A stretch of 59,369 bases of DNA, from positions 1-59,369 of the forward strand of contig JBDLJO010000001.1 of NCBI GenBank assembly GCA_039714275.1, in the 5' to 3' direction. Made by a program: the position numbers and the translations under genes. The notes beneath the pieces were generated by a model, which saw only the letters and a list, made by a program, of their open reading frames with translations, did not search any database and was not told the origin of the DNA. Positions 45,813 to 56,296 of the stretch are shown here, one piece after another; position 1 is the stretch's first letter; each line of letters opens with the position of its first letter. This DNA is from Chloroflexota bacterium. Lineage in GTDB: Bacteria; Chloroflexota; Anaerolineae; Anaerolineales; UBA11858.

Positions 45813-46736
45813 TTATGGTAACTCCTCTTTAAAAGGTGCTTTGTTCCCTTCTTCAGTATAAAACCGCTGCGTTGGATAGGCAAAATCAATATCCTCATAC
45901 TGAGAAAAAACCTGTAAAACTTCTTCCCAGATTTCATGCTCACTGCTGCGTCGATTTCGAATACCACATAAATAGCGCAGGGTGAGCAAGATACCGCTTT
46001 CTCGAACGCTAGTGTAAACTGTAGGTGCTGATTGTGTATAACTGATCATATAGCCCTTAGCTTTTTCATCACTGTAACCGGTCAAATCACCATCTGGAAT
46101 AACGGCATATCTCTCAACAATTTCTTGAAGTAAGACTTTCGCTTTGCTCCAATCACTCTCAAACGTGATCAAGACTGGAATTTCATGCCATAGCTGCTCA
46201 ATACCACGCGAGAAATTTACCAAGGGTTCTAAAAACATTTTTCCATTGGGAATATGTATCACTCGCCCAGTGCTTTGATCCGCGTCAACCCAATTGCCAA
46301 TCTCCAAAATTGAAAATTCAAAAACATTGATATCAACAACATCGCCTGAATATTTCCCGATTTCAATGCGCTCGCCGATTGAAAAAGGTCGCCGCCATAA
46401 AATCAACACCCATCCAAAGAAATTTGCTATTGGGTCTTTCATGGCAATCGCGAGACCCGCTGAGAGTAAACCTAGATAGGTTGAAAAGGCATCTAATCCT
46501 CCACGCAGCCAAATTCGCCCGAAAACCAAAATCAACAAAAAATAGAAGAGATAAGTGCTATTTTTTCGCCATTGATAGCGCGTTCTTTCCGCTTCTATTC
46601 GCACTATGAAAAAACGCATAACAAAGCGATAGAATATCCAAACAACAATTACCCACAATAACGACAAGAGAAGCTTTTGTTGATTGTCAGGTGAGAGAAT
46701 GAGAGCTTTCTCTAGCCATGCGAGAAAGGTAGCCAT
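45813..46736 (-). CDS. mechanosensitive ion channel (MscS family)
   Basis: LGLLSAGLAIAMKDPIANFFG pore-helix region and the beta-domain GDVVDINVFEFSILEIGNW..GRVIHIPN. Confidence 0.8.
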   Translation of the reverse strand: MATFLAWLEKALILSPDNQQKLLLSLLWVIVVWIFYRFVMRFFIVRIEAERTRYQWRKNSTYLFYFLLILVFGRIWLRGGLDAFSTYLGLLSAGLAIAMKDPIANFFGWVLILWRRPFSIGERIEIGKYSGDVVDINVFEFSILEIGNWVDADQSTGRVIHIPNGKMFLEPLVNFSRGIEQLWHEIPVLITFESDWSKAKVLLQEIVERYAVIPDGDLTGYSDEKAKGYMISYTQSAPTVYTSVRESGILLTLRYLCGIRNRRSSEHEIWEEVLQVFSQYEDIDFAYPTQRFYTEEGNKAPFKEELP

Positions 46737-46752
46737 ATAACTATTCCTGTAC

Positions 46753-49623
46753 TTAATTCCTAAGAGCCTTCCAGATCTTCTCAGGAGTAATCGGAATCGA
46801 ATCGATATTAACACCAACAGCGTTAAAGACAGCATTGCCTACTGCAGGAGCAACACCATCTAAAGGAATTTCAGCAACCGCTTTGACGCCAAAGGGATGA
46901 CTTGGTTCAAAGACTTCTACAAATATGGTTTCCAATTCTGGCATCTCATGCGATTGAAAGATATGGTAATCCCGCAAATCTTTTTCACGCGGTTGGCCAC
47001 GATCGTTATAAACCATCTCTTCACAAACAGCGTAACCTAACGCTTGCACCATACCGCCTTCAATTTGACCTGTTGCCGCAATCGGATTAACAATAACACC
47101 CGAATCAACTGCCATCACCAATTTATCTACCGTTAATTGACCAGTTTCAATATCAACGGTCACTTCTGCAAATTGAGCAGCAAAAGGTGGTGGAGCAACT
47201 TCCGACATATATGATCCAACTGCCATGATCTGCTCTTGATCTTCCTCGTGCAATGAGTGCAAAGCTATGTCGGCCAAGGTCACCGAATTGCCATTTGATG
47301 CAATTGCTTTGGATTCTTTCAGATGAATTTTATCAGCACTCACACCCAACATCTTTTCAGCACGCTTTTTTATGATTGAAGCGATTTTATCTGCTGCTTT
47401 GGTCACTGCCGCCCCAGAAATATAGGTAGTACTTGAAGCATACGCTCCGACATCGAATGGGGTAAAATCAGTATCAGATGAGTAGACAATAAAGTTATCG
47501 GTAGAGCACCCTAGCACTTCGGCGGCCATTTGTGCTAAAACGGTATCTGAGCCAGTACCCAAATCAGTTGCTCCAATTAGTAGGTTGAAAGAGCCATCAT
47601 CATTAAGTTTAATACTAGCACCACCCATATCTAGATATGGAATGGCCGTACCTTGCATGACCATCGCAACGCCAATACCGCGTCTCAGGTGAGGTTTTCC
47701 CGAGACCTGCTGCCAATCTACATTGCCATATTTTTTGTCCCAATTAATTTCATTTTTACCTTGATTTACACATTCCTTGATTTCGTTGGTTTCGATAGTT
47801 TCCGGTCTCGGTTCACGCCCCTCACTCCAGGCAGTGCTGAAGGGATGCAGCTCGCCGGATCGCAGCGCATTCTTTAAACGAAATTCAATTGGATTTATAT
47901 TAAGTTTGTGAGCAATTTTTTCTAAGTGTCGTTCTACCGGCCAAAATCCTTGCGGCACCCCATACCCTCGATACGCACCTGAAGGTAAATGATTGGTGTA
48001 CACCACATCAGCATTAAATCGAATATTTGGGTTCTTGCGATATTTGCCATCTCCCACATACATTGCCATAGATTTGTGCCCGGTATTACCGGTGACCGTC
48101 AATGCGTGGGCGCCATTTGCCCCGGTATCACTCAGGGTATACATCTCATTTGCAGTGATGGTACCATCATTTTTAACACCGGTTTTCATTCGCACACGCA
48201 TGGGATGGCGGGCACGAGAGGATATAAACTCTTCTTCTCGACTAGTCTCATAAACTACCGGACTGCCGGTAGCAATGGTTAAGTGTGCTGCGACATCCTC
48301 AATCAGCATTTCTTGCTTCCCGCCAAAACCACCACCTATACGAGGTTTGACAACCCGGATACGCTTCACTGGCAAGTTAAGTACTGGGGCAATCATACGA
48401 CGCACATGAAAAGGCACCTGCGTACTCGTACGAATAACTAAGCGATCATCTTCGTCCCAATAGGTAATCACAGCATGAGGTTCAATATGCGCCTGCTGTA
48501 CTTTCGAAACAATATATTCAGATTCAAATATCTGGTCAGCCTCAGAAAAACCCTGTTCCAAATCACCGATATCAATCCGAATTTCTGCTGCTAAATTTCG
48601 AGAAGGGTCTGAATCAGCAAAGCCAACATATTCCGGAGAGTCGTGCAAAATTGGAGCGCCTGGCTGCATAGCCTCTCTGGTGTCCAGGAGCGGCTCCAGG
48701 ACTTCATATTCGACATCGATCAACCTAAGGGCGGCCTCAGCAATTTCGGCGGTCTCAGCGGCCACGAAAGCAACCCGATCACCGACAAAGCGAACCTTCT
48801 TATCAAGAGAAAAGGTGTCTAGCGGTCCAGGAATAGGGTGTGACTGCCCTGCGGTGGAATAGACGACACGAGGGATATCCTCATGCGTAAGCACCGCAGC
48901 AACACCATCTAAAGCGCGAGCGCGAGTGACATCAATATTTTTAATCAGTGCGTGCGCATGAGGGCTGTGCAATATTTTTGCGATTAACAAATCACGTATT
49001 TCAAAATCAGTCGTGAAAACTGATTTCCCTAAAGCCAATTTCACTGCATCCACTTTAGGCTCAGATTGCCCTACACTTTGAAAGGCTTCACTCTCAGGGA
49101 CTTTTCGAACTTGCGTATCATTAAAAGCAGGAATTGTCTCTCCTCGCATTACAGCAGCAGCTCGCTGAACAGCCTGGACAGGTTTTTTATATCCCGTGCA
49201 ACGACAAAGCACACCTGATAAAGCATCACGCACCTCCGTTTCACTTGGATTGGGTTGATGATCGATCAACGCTTTAGCCGCAAGAATTTGAGCCGGAGTG
49301 CAGTAACCACACTGAATGGCGCCTGTTTCGATAAAAGCTTGCTGAAGGGGGTGCAAACCATCAGATGTCCGCCAAGCATGATCAGGATGTTCTCCCAGCG
49401 CTTCAATAGTCGCTATTTTATGACCCTCCGCCTGAGCAGCCAAGTACAGCGTTGCATTAATAGGGTCCCCATCCACAAGTACTGTATCTGCTCCAGTTTG
49501 GCCATGCTCATCTCCAAACTTAACACCATGATAACCCAAAGAACGCAAAACCTTGAACAGACTATCCCCTGGTGCTGCTTGAATTTCTTTTTCTTCCCCA
49601 TTGATAAGTAATTTTATTTTCAT
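46753..49623 (-). CDS. fused [2Fe-2S]-domain and molybdopterin-binding subunit (XdhD / Mop-like, no FAD domain)
   Basis: 956 aa from ATG 49623. The second FeS motif is intact (QCGYCTP, VLCRCTGY). Hammerhead (LHSPHAHALIKNIDV), GGGFGGKQ, and C-terminal FGVKAVAE. The first ferredoxin-type Cys motif is degenerate. Confidence 0.85.
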   Translation of the reverse strand: MKIKLLINGEEKEIQAAPGDSLFKVLRSLGYHGVKFGDEHGQTGADTVLVDGDPINATLYLAAQAEGHKIATIEALGEHPDHAWRTSDGLHPLQQAFIETGAIQCGYCTPAQILAAKALIDHQPNPSETEVRDALSGVLCRCTGYKKPVQAVQRAAAVMRGETIPAFNDTQVRKVPESEAFQSVGQSEPKVDAVKLALGKSVFTTDFEIRDLLIAKILHSPHAHALIKNIDVTRARALDGVAAVLTHEDIPRVVYSTAGQSHPIPGPLDTFSLDKKVRFVGDRVAFVAAETAEIAEAALRLIDVEYEVLEPLLDTREAMQPGAPILHDSPEYVGFADSDPSRNLAAEIRIDIGDLEQGFSEADQIFESEYIVSKVQQAHIEPHAVITYWDEDDRLVIRTSTQVPFHVRRMIAPVLNLPVKRIRVVKPRIGGGFGGKQEMLIEDVAAHLTIATGSPVVYETSREEEFISSRARHPMRVRMKTGVKNDGTITANEMYTLSDTGANGAHALTVTGNTGHKSMAMYVGDGKYRKNPNIRFNADVVYTNHLPSGAYRGYGVPQGFWPVERHLEKIAHKLNINPIEFRLKNALRSGELHPFSTAWSEGREPRPETIETNEIKECVNQGKNEINWDKKYGNVDWQQVSGKPHLRRGIGVAMVMQGTAIPYLDMGGASIKLNDDGSFNLLIGATDLGTGSDTVLAQMAAEVLGCSTDNFIVYSSDTDFTPFDVGAYASSTTYISGAAVTKAADKIASIIKKRAEKMLGVSADKIHLKESKAIASNGNSVTLADIALHSLHEEDQEQIMAVGSYMSEVAPPPFAAQFAEVTVDIETGQLTVDKLVMAVDSGVIVNPIAATGQIEGGMVQALGYAVCEEMVYNDRGQPREKDLRDYHIFQSHEMPELETIFVEVFEPSHPFGVKAVAEIPLDGVAPAVGNAVFNAVGVNIDSIPITPEKIWKALRN

Positions 49624-49744
49624 CGTTGACCCTCGCATATTTTTTAAAACGAGATTTTCCGGAAAAGTAGATTTTCTATTAGTTTAGATTGCTAATTAGT
49701 CATTATCGACAAAAGAAACGAAATCTAATATTAAAATGTTCTAA

Positions 49745-52657
49745 TCACATCACCTTCGCAATATCCAGCCAATTGGTCCCGATTTCTTTGTTGGCAATAT
49801 TCATGGCTTCTTGAGAACCAAGCACAACCACTTTGCCATCATCTTTAATTTTTGCTAATATTTTGGCAAATTCCTTGAAATCATCTTGTTTTGTTGCAAT
49901 TACTTCATTACGATACTGCTGCAAGAATTCATCGCTGACACCTAATAAGTGACGTGTCATTGATGTGTATCCCTTCGCATCCGGGAGTCTATAAGCGTCT
50001 ATCCCACCTATGGCACCAATAATAACCTTGATCAATTCTTCATCGCTGAGATCGAGGGACATCAAGAATGGTGCTGTTCCATCATAATTTTCTAAACTAC
50101 GCAACAAATTGGGGTCACGATAAGAGAGATAATTAAACAATCCTGACTGCTGGTCAAATGTTGAGAATCCACCATAGGCTCCACCCTGTACTCGGATTTT
50201 CTCCCACAACCAGGTGGTCCCGAGATAGCGCGTAATAACTGCGATGGTTCCACTTAATTTATAACCCATTTGGTATAGATTTGCGCCCTTACCTACATAG
50301 TTGACTTGTGCGGGGATGCTCAAACCCTCATGGATTTGGTTATAATCGGGATCCCATTTTTCCTTTGATGCTTCCATTTGAGGCAATATGCTAATTAATT
50401 CCATCAAGAAAGGCTGGACTTTAAGCCAGGCATCTTCATTCACAGTAATATTTATCAGTAAATTACTTTGATTTATTAACAATTTGCGCAGCAATTCCAA
50501 TTTGCTTAGCACTCCAGACCAATCATTTTCAATCGATTCAATTAATTTTCTTAAGAAAAACAGAAAATCGATTCCACCAATTTGTTCAGAAACCCAATCT
50601 GCTTCATTGAATTTGGCTTTGAGACGGTTATTTACAACTATGTGTCCAGTAGGAATTAGACTCGCCTCTGCTCCAGCTTTCTCTTCAAGGACGATTTGAC
50701 GAAATCGTTCTTGATTGTCCAGATTGGCTGTTAGCAATATTTCTTCTAAAAGTTTTAAAAGTTTAGGAGCACTCTCAATAATTGATTTTCCCCGATAGAA
50801 CAAATATGTTGCGCTTTGATCTAAATCCTTAATCATAGAAGAAAACACATTTGGTCGAATTCCACCAGTATCACGTCCAATACGCTGAGAAAGTCTGACA
50901 AAGTCTTCAGTATCTGTACCCATTTCCAATAGGGCGCGTCCAAACAATGCCACAAAAGGTAGCAATTCTTGAGGTAATGCATGCAAATCAAAGCCAATAT
51001 CTAAATAAAGGATGCCGTTGGTCGAGAGGTCATGGTGCAAAATCGGAACATCATTAATCTTAGTATCAACAATCGGAATGGGTTTGTGATCTTTATCCAA
51101 ATCAGCCAAGGTAAGCATCGGCAAGGTGCGCAGTGCATCTGGTGAATCAGCCGTATTTTGAATTTCGATCAGCTTTTGTGTCATTTCTATAACGGCATCA
51201 ATTTGCTCCCCTGACATATCCTTTTGGATTTTTTCTAATTTGGCTCGCTCTTCCCTTTCATCACGCTGGTTTAACATCGGATCAGGATTCAACAAAACAC
51301 TTGTATGGTGAGAATTGTCAATCAAATAATTTTGAATAAGATCCTCAAAATATCGATCTCCATGACCTAATTTTTCTTTGATGATCCTAAGTGGGGTTTC
51401 AAAAGCCAGGGATGCAAATGGATCAAAGTCATATAACCAAAATTCCAAGGCTCGCAGCATGAAAACAATACCACGAGGGTAAGCGCCAGTGTTATTTTCT
51501 CGCAAATTAAACTCAATCGTATTAATCGAAGCAGCGACAGTATCAGGATCAATACCATTCGCGGACAAATCCTCCAGGGTTTCCTTGATCAATGCTTCGA
51601 CTTTATCGGCATCTTTACTATCAATCCCTTTCAGCCCTGTTGAGAAAAATATTTGTCGCAATTCGTTTTCTAACCCAATACCCGCTAAATCTTCTCCCAA
51701 ATTTGACTCAAGCAATGCTTTACGTAAAGGGGAAGCAGGACTTCCTAAAAGTATATGTTCTAGAATTGATAATGCCAATGAAATTTCTGCATCACCTTGC
51801 TCAGCCAACAGCCAATTTAAAGTTAAGTAACTTTTTGCATTTTCGTCGCTAGCAGCATAAGGGGCAGTGACAGTTTTAGGTGCATACATTTTTGTTTGCA
51901 ATGCAACGGCCGATTGAACAAGTGCTGCCGCATAATCAGAAAGGCATTCATTCATCAAACGTAATCGTTCACCAGGATCATCGTCCCCATAAAAGAAAAT
52001 TCGGGCGTTGGAAGGATGATAGTATTTCTCGTGGAAACCTTTAAATTGCTCATAAGTCAAATCGGGAATAATTTTTGGGTCGCCCCCTGAAGACACACTA
52101 TAAACATGTCCCGGGAACAGTGAGTATTGCACCTCGTTGTTCAAAATACGATTAGGATCTGAGTATGCCCCTTTCATCTCATTAAAAACAACACCCTTAT
52201 AAACCATCTCATCCTTGGGATCTTCCATTTCGTAATGCCAGCCTTCTTGATCAAGGATATTGGGGTGCAGTAAAGGGTGGAAGACGGCATCAATATAGAC
52301 ATCAATTAGGTTATAAAAGTCTTGTAAATTCTGACTTGCACAGGGATAACAAGTTTTATCAGGAAATGTGAATGCATTGACAAAAGTTTGTAACGATCCC
52401 TTGAGCAGCTCTACAAATGGCTCTTTAACAGGATATTTTTGTGATCCAGCCAGAACAGCATGTTCTAAAATATGAGCAACACCATCACTTACAATAGGGG
52501 GAGTGCGAAAAGTGATTCCAAAGACTTTGTTCTCATCATCATTTTCCATAGATATCAACTCGGCCCCTGTAATTTCATGACGATATAAGTTTGCAAGGGC
52601 ATTTATCTCGGGAATATTTTGTTTTTTGATTAACTTAAATCCATGCAACACTGTCAT
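49745..52657 (-). CDS. M16C-family (PreP-like) zinc metallopeptidase
   Basis: About 970 aa. Inverted zinc motif HILEH, FNEMKGAY, and a four-domain length typical of presequence-protease-like enzymes. Confidence 0.85.
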   Translation of the reverse strand: MTVLHGFKLIKKQNIPEINALANLYRHEITGAELISMENDDENKVFGITFRTPPIVSDGVAHILEHAVLAGSQKYPVKEPFVELLKGSLQTFVNAFTFPDKTCYPCASQNLQDFYNLIDVYIDAVFHPLLHPNILDQEGWHYEMEDPKDEMVYKGVVFNEMKGAYSDPNRILNNEVQYSLFPGHVYSVSSGGDPKIIPDLTYEQFKGFHEKYYHPSNARIFFYGDDDPGERLRLMNECLSDYAAALVQSAVALQTKMYAPKTVTAPYAASDENAKSYLTLNWLLAEQGDAEISLALSILEHILLGSPASPLRKALLESNLGEDLAGIGLENELRQIFFSTGLKGIDSKDADKVEALIKETLEDLSANGIDPDTVAASINTIEFNLRENNTGAYPRGIVFMLRALEFWLYDFDPFASLAFETPLRIIKEKLGHGDRYFEDLIQNYLIDNSHHTSVLLNPDPMLNQRDEREERAKLEKIQKDMSGEQIDAVIEMTQKLIEIQNTADSPDALRTLPMLTLADLDKDHKPIPIVDTKINDVPILHHDLSTNGILYLDIGFDLHALPQELLPFVALFGRALLEMGTDTEDFVRLSQRIGRDTGGIRPNVFSSMIKDLDQSATYLFYRGKSIIESAPKLLKLLEEILLTANLDNQERFRQIVLEEKAGAEASLIPTGHIVVNNRLKAKFNEADWVSEQIGGIDFLFFLRKLIESIENDWSGVLSKLELLRKLLINQSNLLINITVNEDAWLKVQPFLMELISILPQMEASKEKWDPDYNQIHEGLSIPAQVNYVGKGANLYQMGYKLSGTIAVITRYLGTTWLWEKIRVQGGAYGGFSTFDQQSGLFNYLSYRDPNLLRSLENYDGTAPFLMSLDLSDEELIKVIIGAIGGIDAYRLPDAKGYTSMTRHLLGVSDEFLQQYRNEVIATKQDDFKEFAKILAKIKDDGKVVVLGSQEAMNIANKEIGTNWLDIAKVM

Positions 52658-52698
52658 CTCCAACTCCAATCAGATCAATACCTATAATTATCCTTCAT

Positions 52699-53466
52699 CT
52701 AACTAACAGCTTTCATACACCGAGATATTAGTTTGGATGCCATTTCACTTCTATACTCAGAACTTGCCCAAGAATCACCAGCTTCCCGATAGGCATCTAA
52801 GGCTGCGGTTTCTGCCCCAGCACCGGTAGGACCATCCATTGCCAAAAGAGGTGCTGAGCCATAGCCTCCCAATGCAACCCGTGTGCGGCCTGATGGCCAT
52901 AGGGCTACAGCAGCACAAACGATTGGTAGATCAGCCGGTGACCGAGCTACATATTGATAATCCAAACGCACACCCGCAGGAAAAGCTACCTCAACGATCA
53001 ACGCTCCATTTAACAATTCTTCTCTCAAGGGCAGTAAATCTCCAATGCTTATTTGCTGCACATCTGTACCCTGCTTGGCAATCTCCAATTGCGCATCCAG
53101 GGCCAGCATGGCAGTCGTAAAAGCTGAGCGACCATCTGCGGACACCAATGTTCCAGCAACCGTTGCTACTTGCCGTGTGTTATAAGTGGCTTGATGTTGG
53201 ATTGTCCGAGACAAAGCTTTAGGCAGCCCTTCGGCATCCAACAAATTTTGCAAGGTCAATGCAGCTCCAAGTTTCCAAGTTTTATTCCCCGTTTTAAGTT
53301 TATCAATGCCAAGGGCTTGCAAATCAACAACTTCAAAATCGATATCAGAAGCCTGGTTGAGAACCGTACCGCCACCCAAGGGCCGCGTATTCGGATCTGT
53401 TCGTGCCAATAATGCTAAAGCCTCATCCACTTTCTCAGGGCGATGATAAGCTGTAATCATAATCAT
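52699..53466 (-). CDS. xanthine dehydrogenase family FAD-binding subunit (YgfM/CoxM-like, 255 aa)
   Basis: LGGGTVL, ATVAGTL and C-terminal SSEYRSEMA motifs of molybdopterin-dehydrogenase FAD-binding subunits. Confidence 0.75.
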   Translation of the reverse strand: MIMITAYHRPEKVDEALALLARTDPNTRPLGGGTVLNQASDIDFEVVDLQALGIDKLKTGNKTWKLGAALTLQNLLDAEGLPKALSRTIQHQATYNTRQVATVAGTLVSADGRSAFTTAMLALDAQLEIAKQGTDVQQISIGDLLPLREELLNGALIVEVAFPAGVRLDYQYVARSPADLPIVCAAVALWPSGRTRVALGGYGSAPLLAMDGPTGAGAETAALDAYREAGDSWASSEYRSEMASKLISRCMKAVS

Positions 53467-53529
53467 TCTCCAATTATCGATATAAGCCCATCCCCATTAG
53501 TAATTCCAGGGCTGACGATAGAAAAGCAT

Positions 53530-54006
53530 TTAATCTGGGTAAACCTTCCAACCTAAATCTTCAAGATCTACTTCATCCAAGGCTTCTGGGGGAACATCAA
53601 CTAAAATAGCTTCAGCCTCAATTAAGAGATTACCTCCTGGGCCAAAAACCTGGGCCTCAGACATAGCCGATCGTCGTTTAGTTTTTATTGCTTGGGCAAC
53701 AATTCTAATAGGTTTGCCAATTGGAACTGGTTTCCTATATTGCACATTCAGTTTGGCAGTGTACATAAAACGGACATTTTTGGGGTCGCTACCCATATGT
53801 ACACGCCCAAGAGCTTCGTCAACCAAAGCTGCGGTTATGCCGCCATGTACAATGCCAGGATAACCTTGGAAACGATCAGGAACAATATAGTTAACTTCAA
53901 TTTCTCCCGGCGCTGTTTCATAAAATTTCAGCTTCAAACCATATTCATTTTCCAGACCGCATACAAAACAATGGCGTGAGTTGGGTTGTTTGGTTTTGAT
54001 AATCAT
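53530..54006 (-). CDS. PaaI-family hotdog thioesterase
   Basis: HCFVCG N-terminal motif and GIVHGGITAALVDEALG. Confidence 0.65.
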   Translation of the reverse strand: MIIKTKQPNSRHCFVCGLENEYGLKLKFYETAPGEIEVNYIVPDRFQGYPGIVHGGITAALVDEALGRVHMGSDPKNVRFMYTAKLNVQYRKPVPIGKPIRIVAQAIKTKRRSAMSEAQVFGPGGNLLIEAEAILVDVPPEALDEVDLEDLGWKVYPD

Positions 54007-54083
54007 AAACAACAAGCTTTGTGGATATATTTATAGGTAAGGGACACTTCATAAAAATCAATAACATTCACTTAATTTAGCCG

Positions 54084-55082
54084 CTATTTCAACGAAAAAG
54101 TATCAATGAGTAATTTAACATTACCGCCAACAGGATAAAGAATTGGACAAGTTGCGCCACGTTTGATATACTCCTGCACTTTTGCACGGGCTTCATCGGG
54201 AGTACCCGAAGCAGTGATCCGATATATTAAATCTTCAGGTACAAGATGTTTGGCTTTGTCAATTTGCTCTTTCGTAGCTGGCCAACCCAAGATTGATTGA
54301 ATTTCAGCTACAACATCGTTTGATACTCCTGATGCTTTAGCTATATGCGGTTGTTGCGCAAGGTATTGGGTTAACAAACCTCTTGTATGGTCAATTGCTT
54401 TGTCATGATCTTCATCCACAGAACATACAACTAATTGTGGACGATCGATATCATCTATTGTTTTCCCTGCTTTCTTTGCACCAGCAGTCAACAAATCAAT
54501 GGCTTGGTCATTATATTCAGGCGGCACACAGTAATTGAGAACGGCTCCGTCACAAATTTCACCGGTAAGCTGCATCATCTTGGGTCCGGTCGCCCCTATC
54601 ATGATTTCTACATCTCGCGGTTCTCGCCGCCCATGAACTACATCCAATTCGATATCTTTTACTTGGTGAAATTCACCATCAAAGGTAACCCTTTCCATAT
54701 TCAGTAAGCGGCGCAGTACTTCAACAGTTTCCCGCATAGCCTTCAGGGGTTTACGTCGAGTAATTCCCACATTAGCAGCCAGAGGGTCCCACCAGGCGCC
54801 GATTCCACAGATCGTGCGGCCAGGAGCCAAATCATCCAAAGTTAAAAAAGTAGCCGCGAGTAATCCAATGTTGCGCGTCCAGTTATTCAGCACACCAGAA
54901 CCGACTTTAATTTTCTCGGTCACAGCAGCATACGCAGCCATAGGCACAATAGCATCGCGAACCAGGCGCGACTCAGCCTGCCAAATAGCTTCAAATCCGT
55001 GCTCTTCAGCATAGCGAGCATACTCTAACCCATCGCGCAAATCATGCGAATCTTGTAAATATAAAGCAACCCGATCAACCAT
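54084..55082 (-). CDS. LLM-class (luciferase-like) F420-dependent oxidoreductase
   Basis: 332 aa TIM-barrel LLM pattern ([26 protein letters not shown]). It sits among F420 genes, so the cofactor assignment is contextual. Confidence 0.65.
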   Translation of the reverse strand: MVDRVALYLQDSHDLRDGLEYARYAEEHGFEAIWQAESRLVRDAIVPMAAYAAVTEKIKVGSGVLNNWTRNIGLLAATFLTLDDLAPGRTICGIGAWWDPLAANVGITRRKPLKAMRETVEVLRRLLNMERVTFDGEFHQVKDIELDVVHGRREPRDVEIMIGATGPKMMQLTGEICDGAVLNYCVPPEYNDQAIDLLTAGAKKAGKTIDDIDRPQLVVCSVDEDHDKAIDHTRGLLTQYLAQQPHIAKASGVSNDVVAEIQSILGWPATKEQIDKAKHLVPEDLIYRITASGTPDEARAKVQEYIKRGATCPILYPVGGNVKLLIDTFSLK

Positions 55083-55098
55083 TATTTACCTCCAATAG

Positions 55099-55710
55099 TT
55101 ATTTCAATTCAATATTTAATTTCTTTTCCAACAATGCTAAATCTTCAGGTTCATCTAAATCTAAAATAAGGGAGGAAAGTTCACAAATTTCTAGACGCGC
55201 ACCAGCTTCAAGAGCAAGTTCACAATGTTTCTTAAATGAATTATTTCCATATTGATATTCGATTAAATCAGGAGGTGATAGTATCAATGCGTTAGTTCCG
55301 TTTTTATTGCGATCCGGCACAACGACCACAACCGGGGGGTCAACGGCTTTGCTCAACATTACTAATATATCCTCAGGTGTAATTAGAGGTAAATCGGCAG
55401 GCAAAACTAAAACGCTTTGCGTTGCATAAGTCTTGGCAATTACCGTTGCTCTTGAAAGTGCAACGTTTATTTGAGGAGCGCCATTTTCCTGGACAGTTCG
55501 AGCACCCAAACTTCGAGCTAATGAAAGTGCCGCTTGATCACGACTGACAACCAGAACGTGGGCAATCTCTGGAACACTCATCAAGGTGTTAATAGTATTT
55601 GCCAACAACTCCTCGTTCAATGCAGTGCACTCGTCAGGAGTTAATACTTTAGCTAAACGAGACTTACCTCTCCGCAATGGCTTAACAGGAACAATGGCCC
55701 ATAAACTCAT
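55099..55710 (-). CDS. cofC: 2-phospho-L-lactate / phosphoenolpyruvate guanylyltransferase (CofC/FbiD)
   Basis: N-terminus LWAIVPVKPLRRGKSRLA, LVLPADLP and a GTNAL motif. Confidence 0.8.
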   Translation of the reverse strand: MSLWAIVPVKPLRRGKSRLAKVLTPDECTALNEELLANTINTLMSVPEIAHVLVVSRDQAALSLARSLGARTVQENGAPQINVALSRATVIAKTYATQSVLVLPADLPLITPEDILVMLSKAVDPPVVVVVPDRNKNGTNALILSPPDLIEYQYGNNSFKKHCELALEAGARLEICELSSLILDLDEPEDLALLEKKLNIELK

Positions 55711-55812
55711 AAATCCTATTTCCTTTCGTAGGCCTATATTTTATCATCAGACACAAGCTGAAACCGATCACTTCACCATTCAAACAACATATATTTCAAT
55801 TTCCATCTCCAC

Positions 55813-56211
55813 TTAGTGTCCATCAACATGCTCCGGGAAAATTTTAAAAATCACACGAATTTCATCAGGAGAATTGAGTTCAAAATATGCATCATCCGTG
55901 TATTTTCCGGCTAAGATATTGATGTGATCGCGTGCATTTTCCTCAGTGATCTCCACAACGCGACCTCGGATTTGCAGATAACGATACACGCTTCCCGTAT
56001 CCATGATTGCCAACGCAACTTGGGGGCGGGAGCGTATATTTCGATCCTTCGTACGACCTTTGGCTGTGTTGATCAAGATATATTCCCCATCAGTATTGAA
56101 CCAGACTGGCGTAACCTGCGGAGAGCCATCAGTCATCGTTGTCGCCAAAAAAGCAATTGCTTTTGTTTGATCATCTAGTAAATCTTGATATGATTCGGGG
56201 ATTCTTTTCAT
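55813..56211 (-). CDS. PPOX-class (pyridoxamine-5'-phosphate-oxidase-like split barrel) probable F420/FMN-dependent protein
   Basis: LATTMTDGSPQVTPVWF..DGEYILINTAKGRTKDRNI...VALAI pattern. About 132 aa. Confidence 0.65.
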   Translation of the reverse strand: MKRIPESYQDLLDDQTKAIAFLATTMTDGSPQVTPVWFNTDGEYILINTAKGRTKDRNIRSRPQVALAIMDTGSVYRYLQIRGRVVEITEENARDHINILAGKYTDDAYFELNSPDEIRVIFKIFPEHVDGH

Positions 56212-56296
56212 ATACACACACTTCTTCTCTGTTTATTAACAGACTTGGATAATTATTCATGCCTAGCATTGAAGTCTAAGCAATCCTGTTTTTTTC

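Noticed and set aside
45812-45967. N-terminal extensions in the ORF track: 44465-45967 overlapping the MscS gene, 45813-46835 overlapping the XdhD-like gene, and 20318 overlapping the divergent kinase gene.
   Set aside because: Internal ATGs with good SDs (45811, 46736, 20384) give N-termini that match the families and remove the overlaps.
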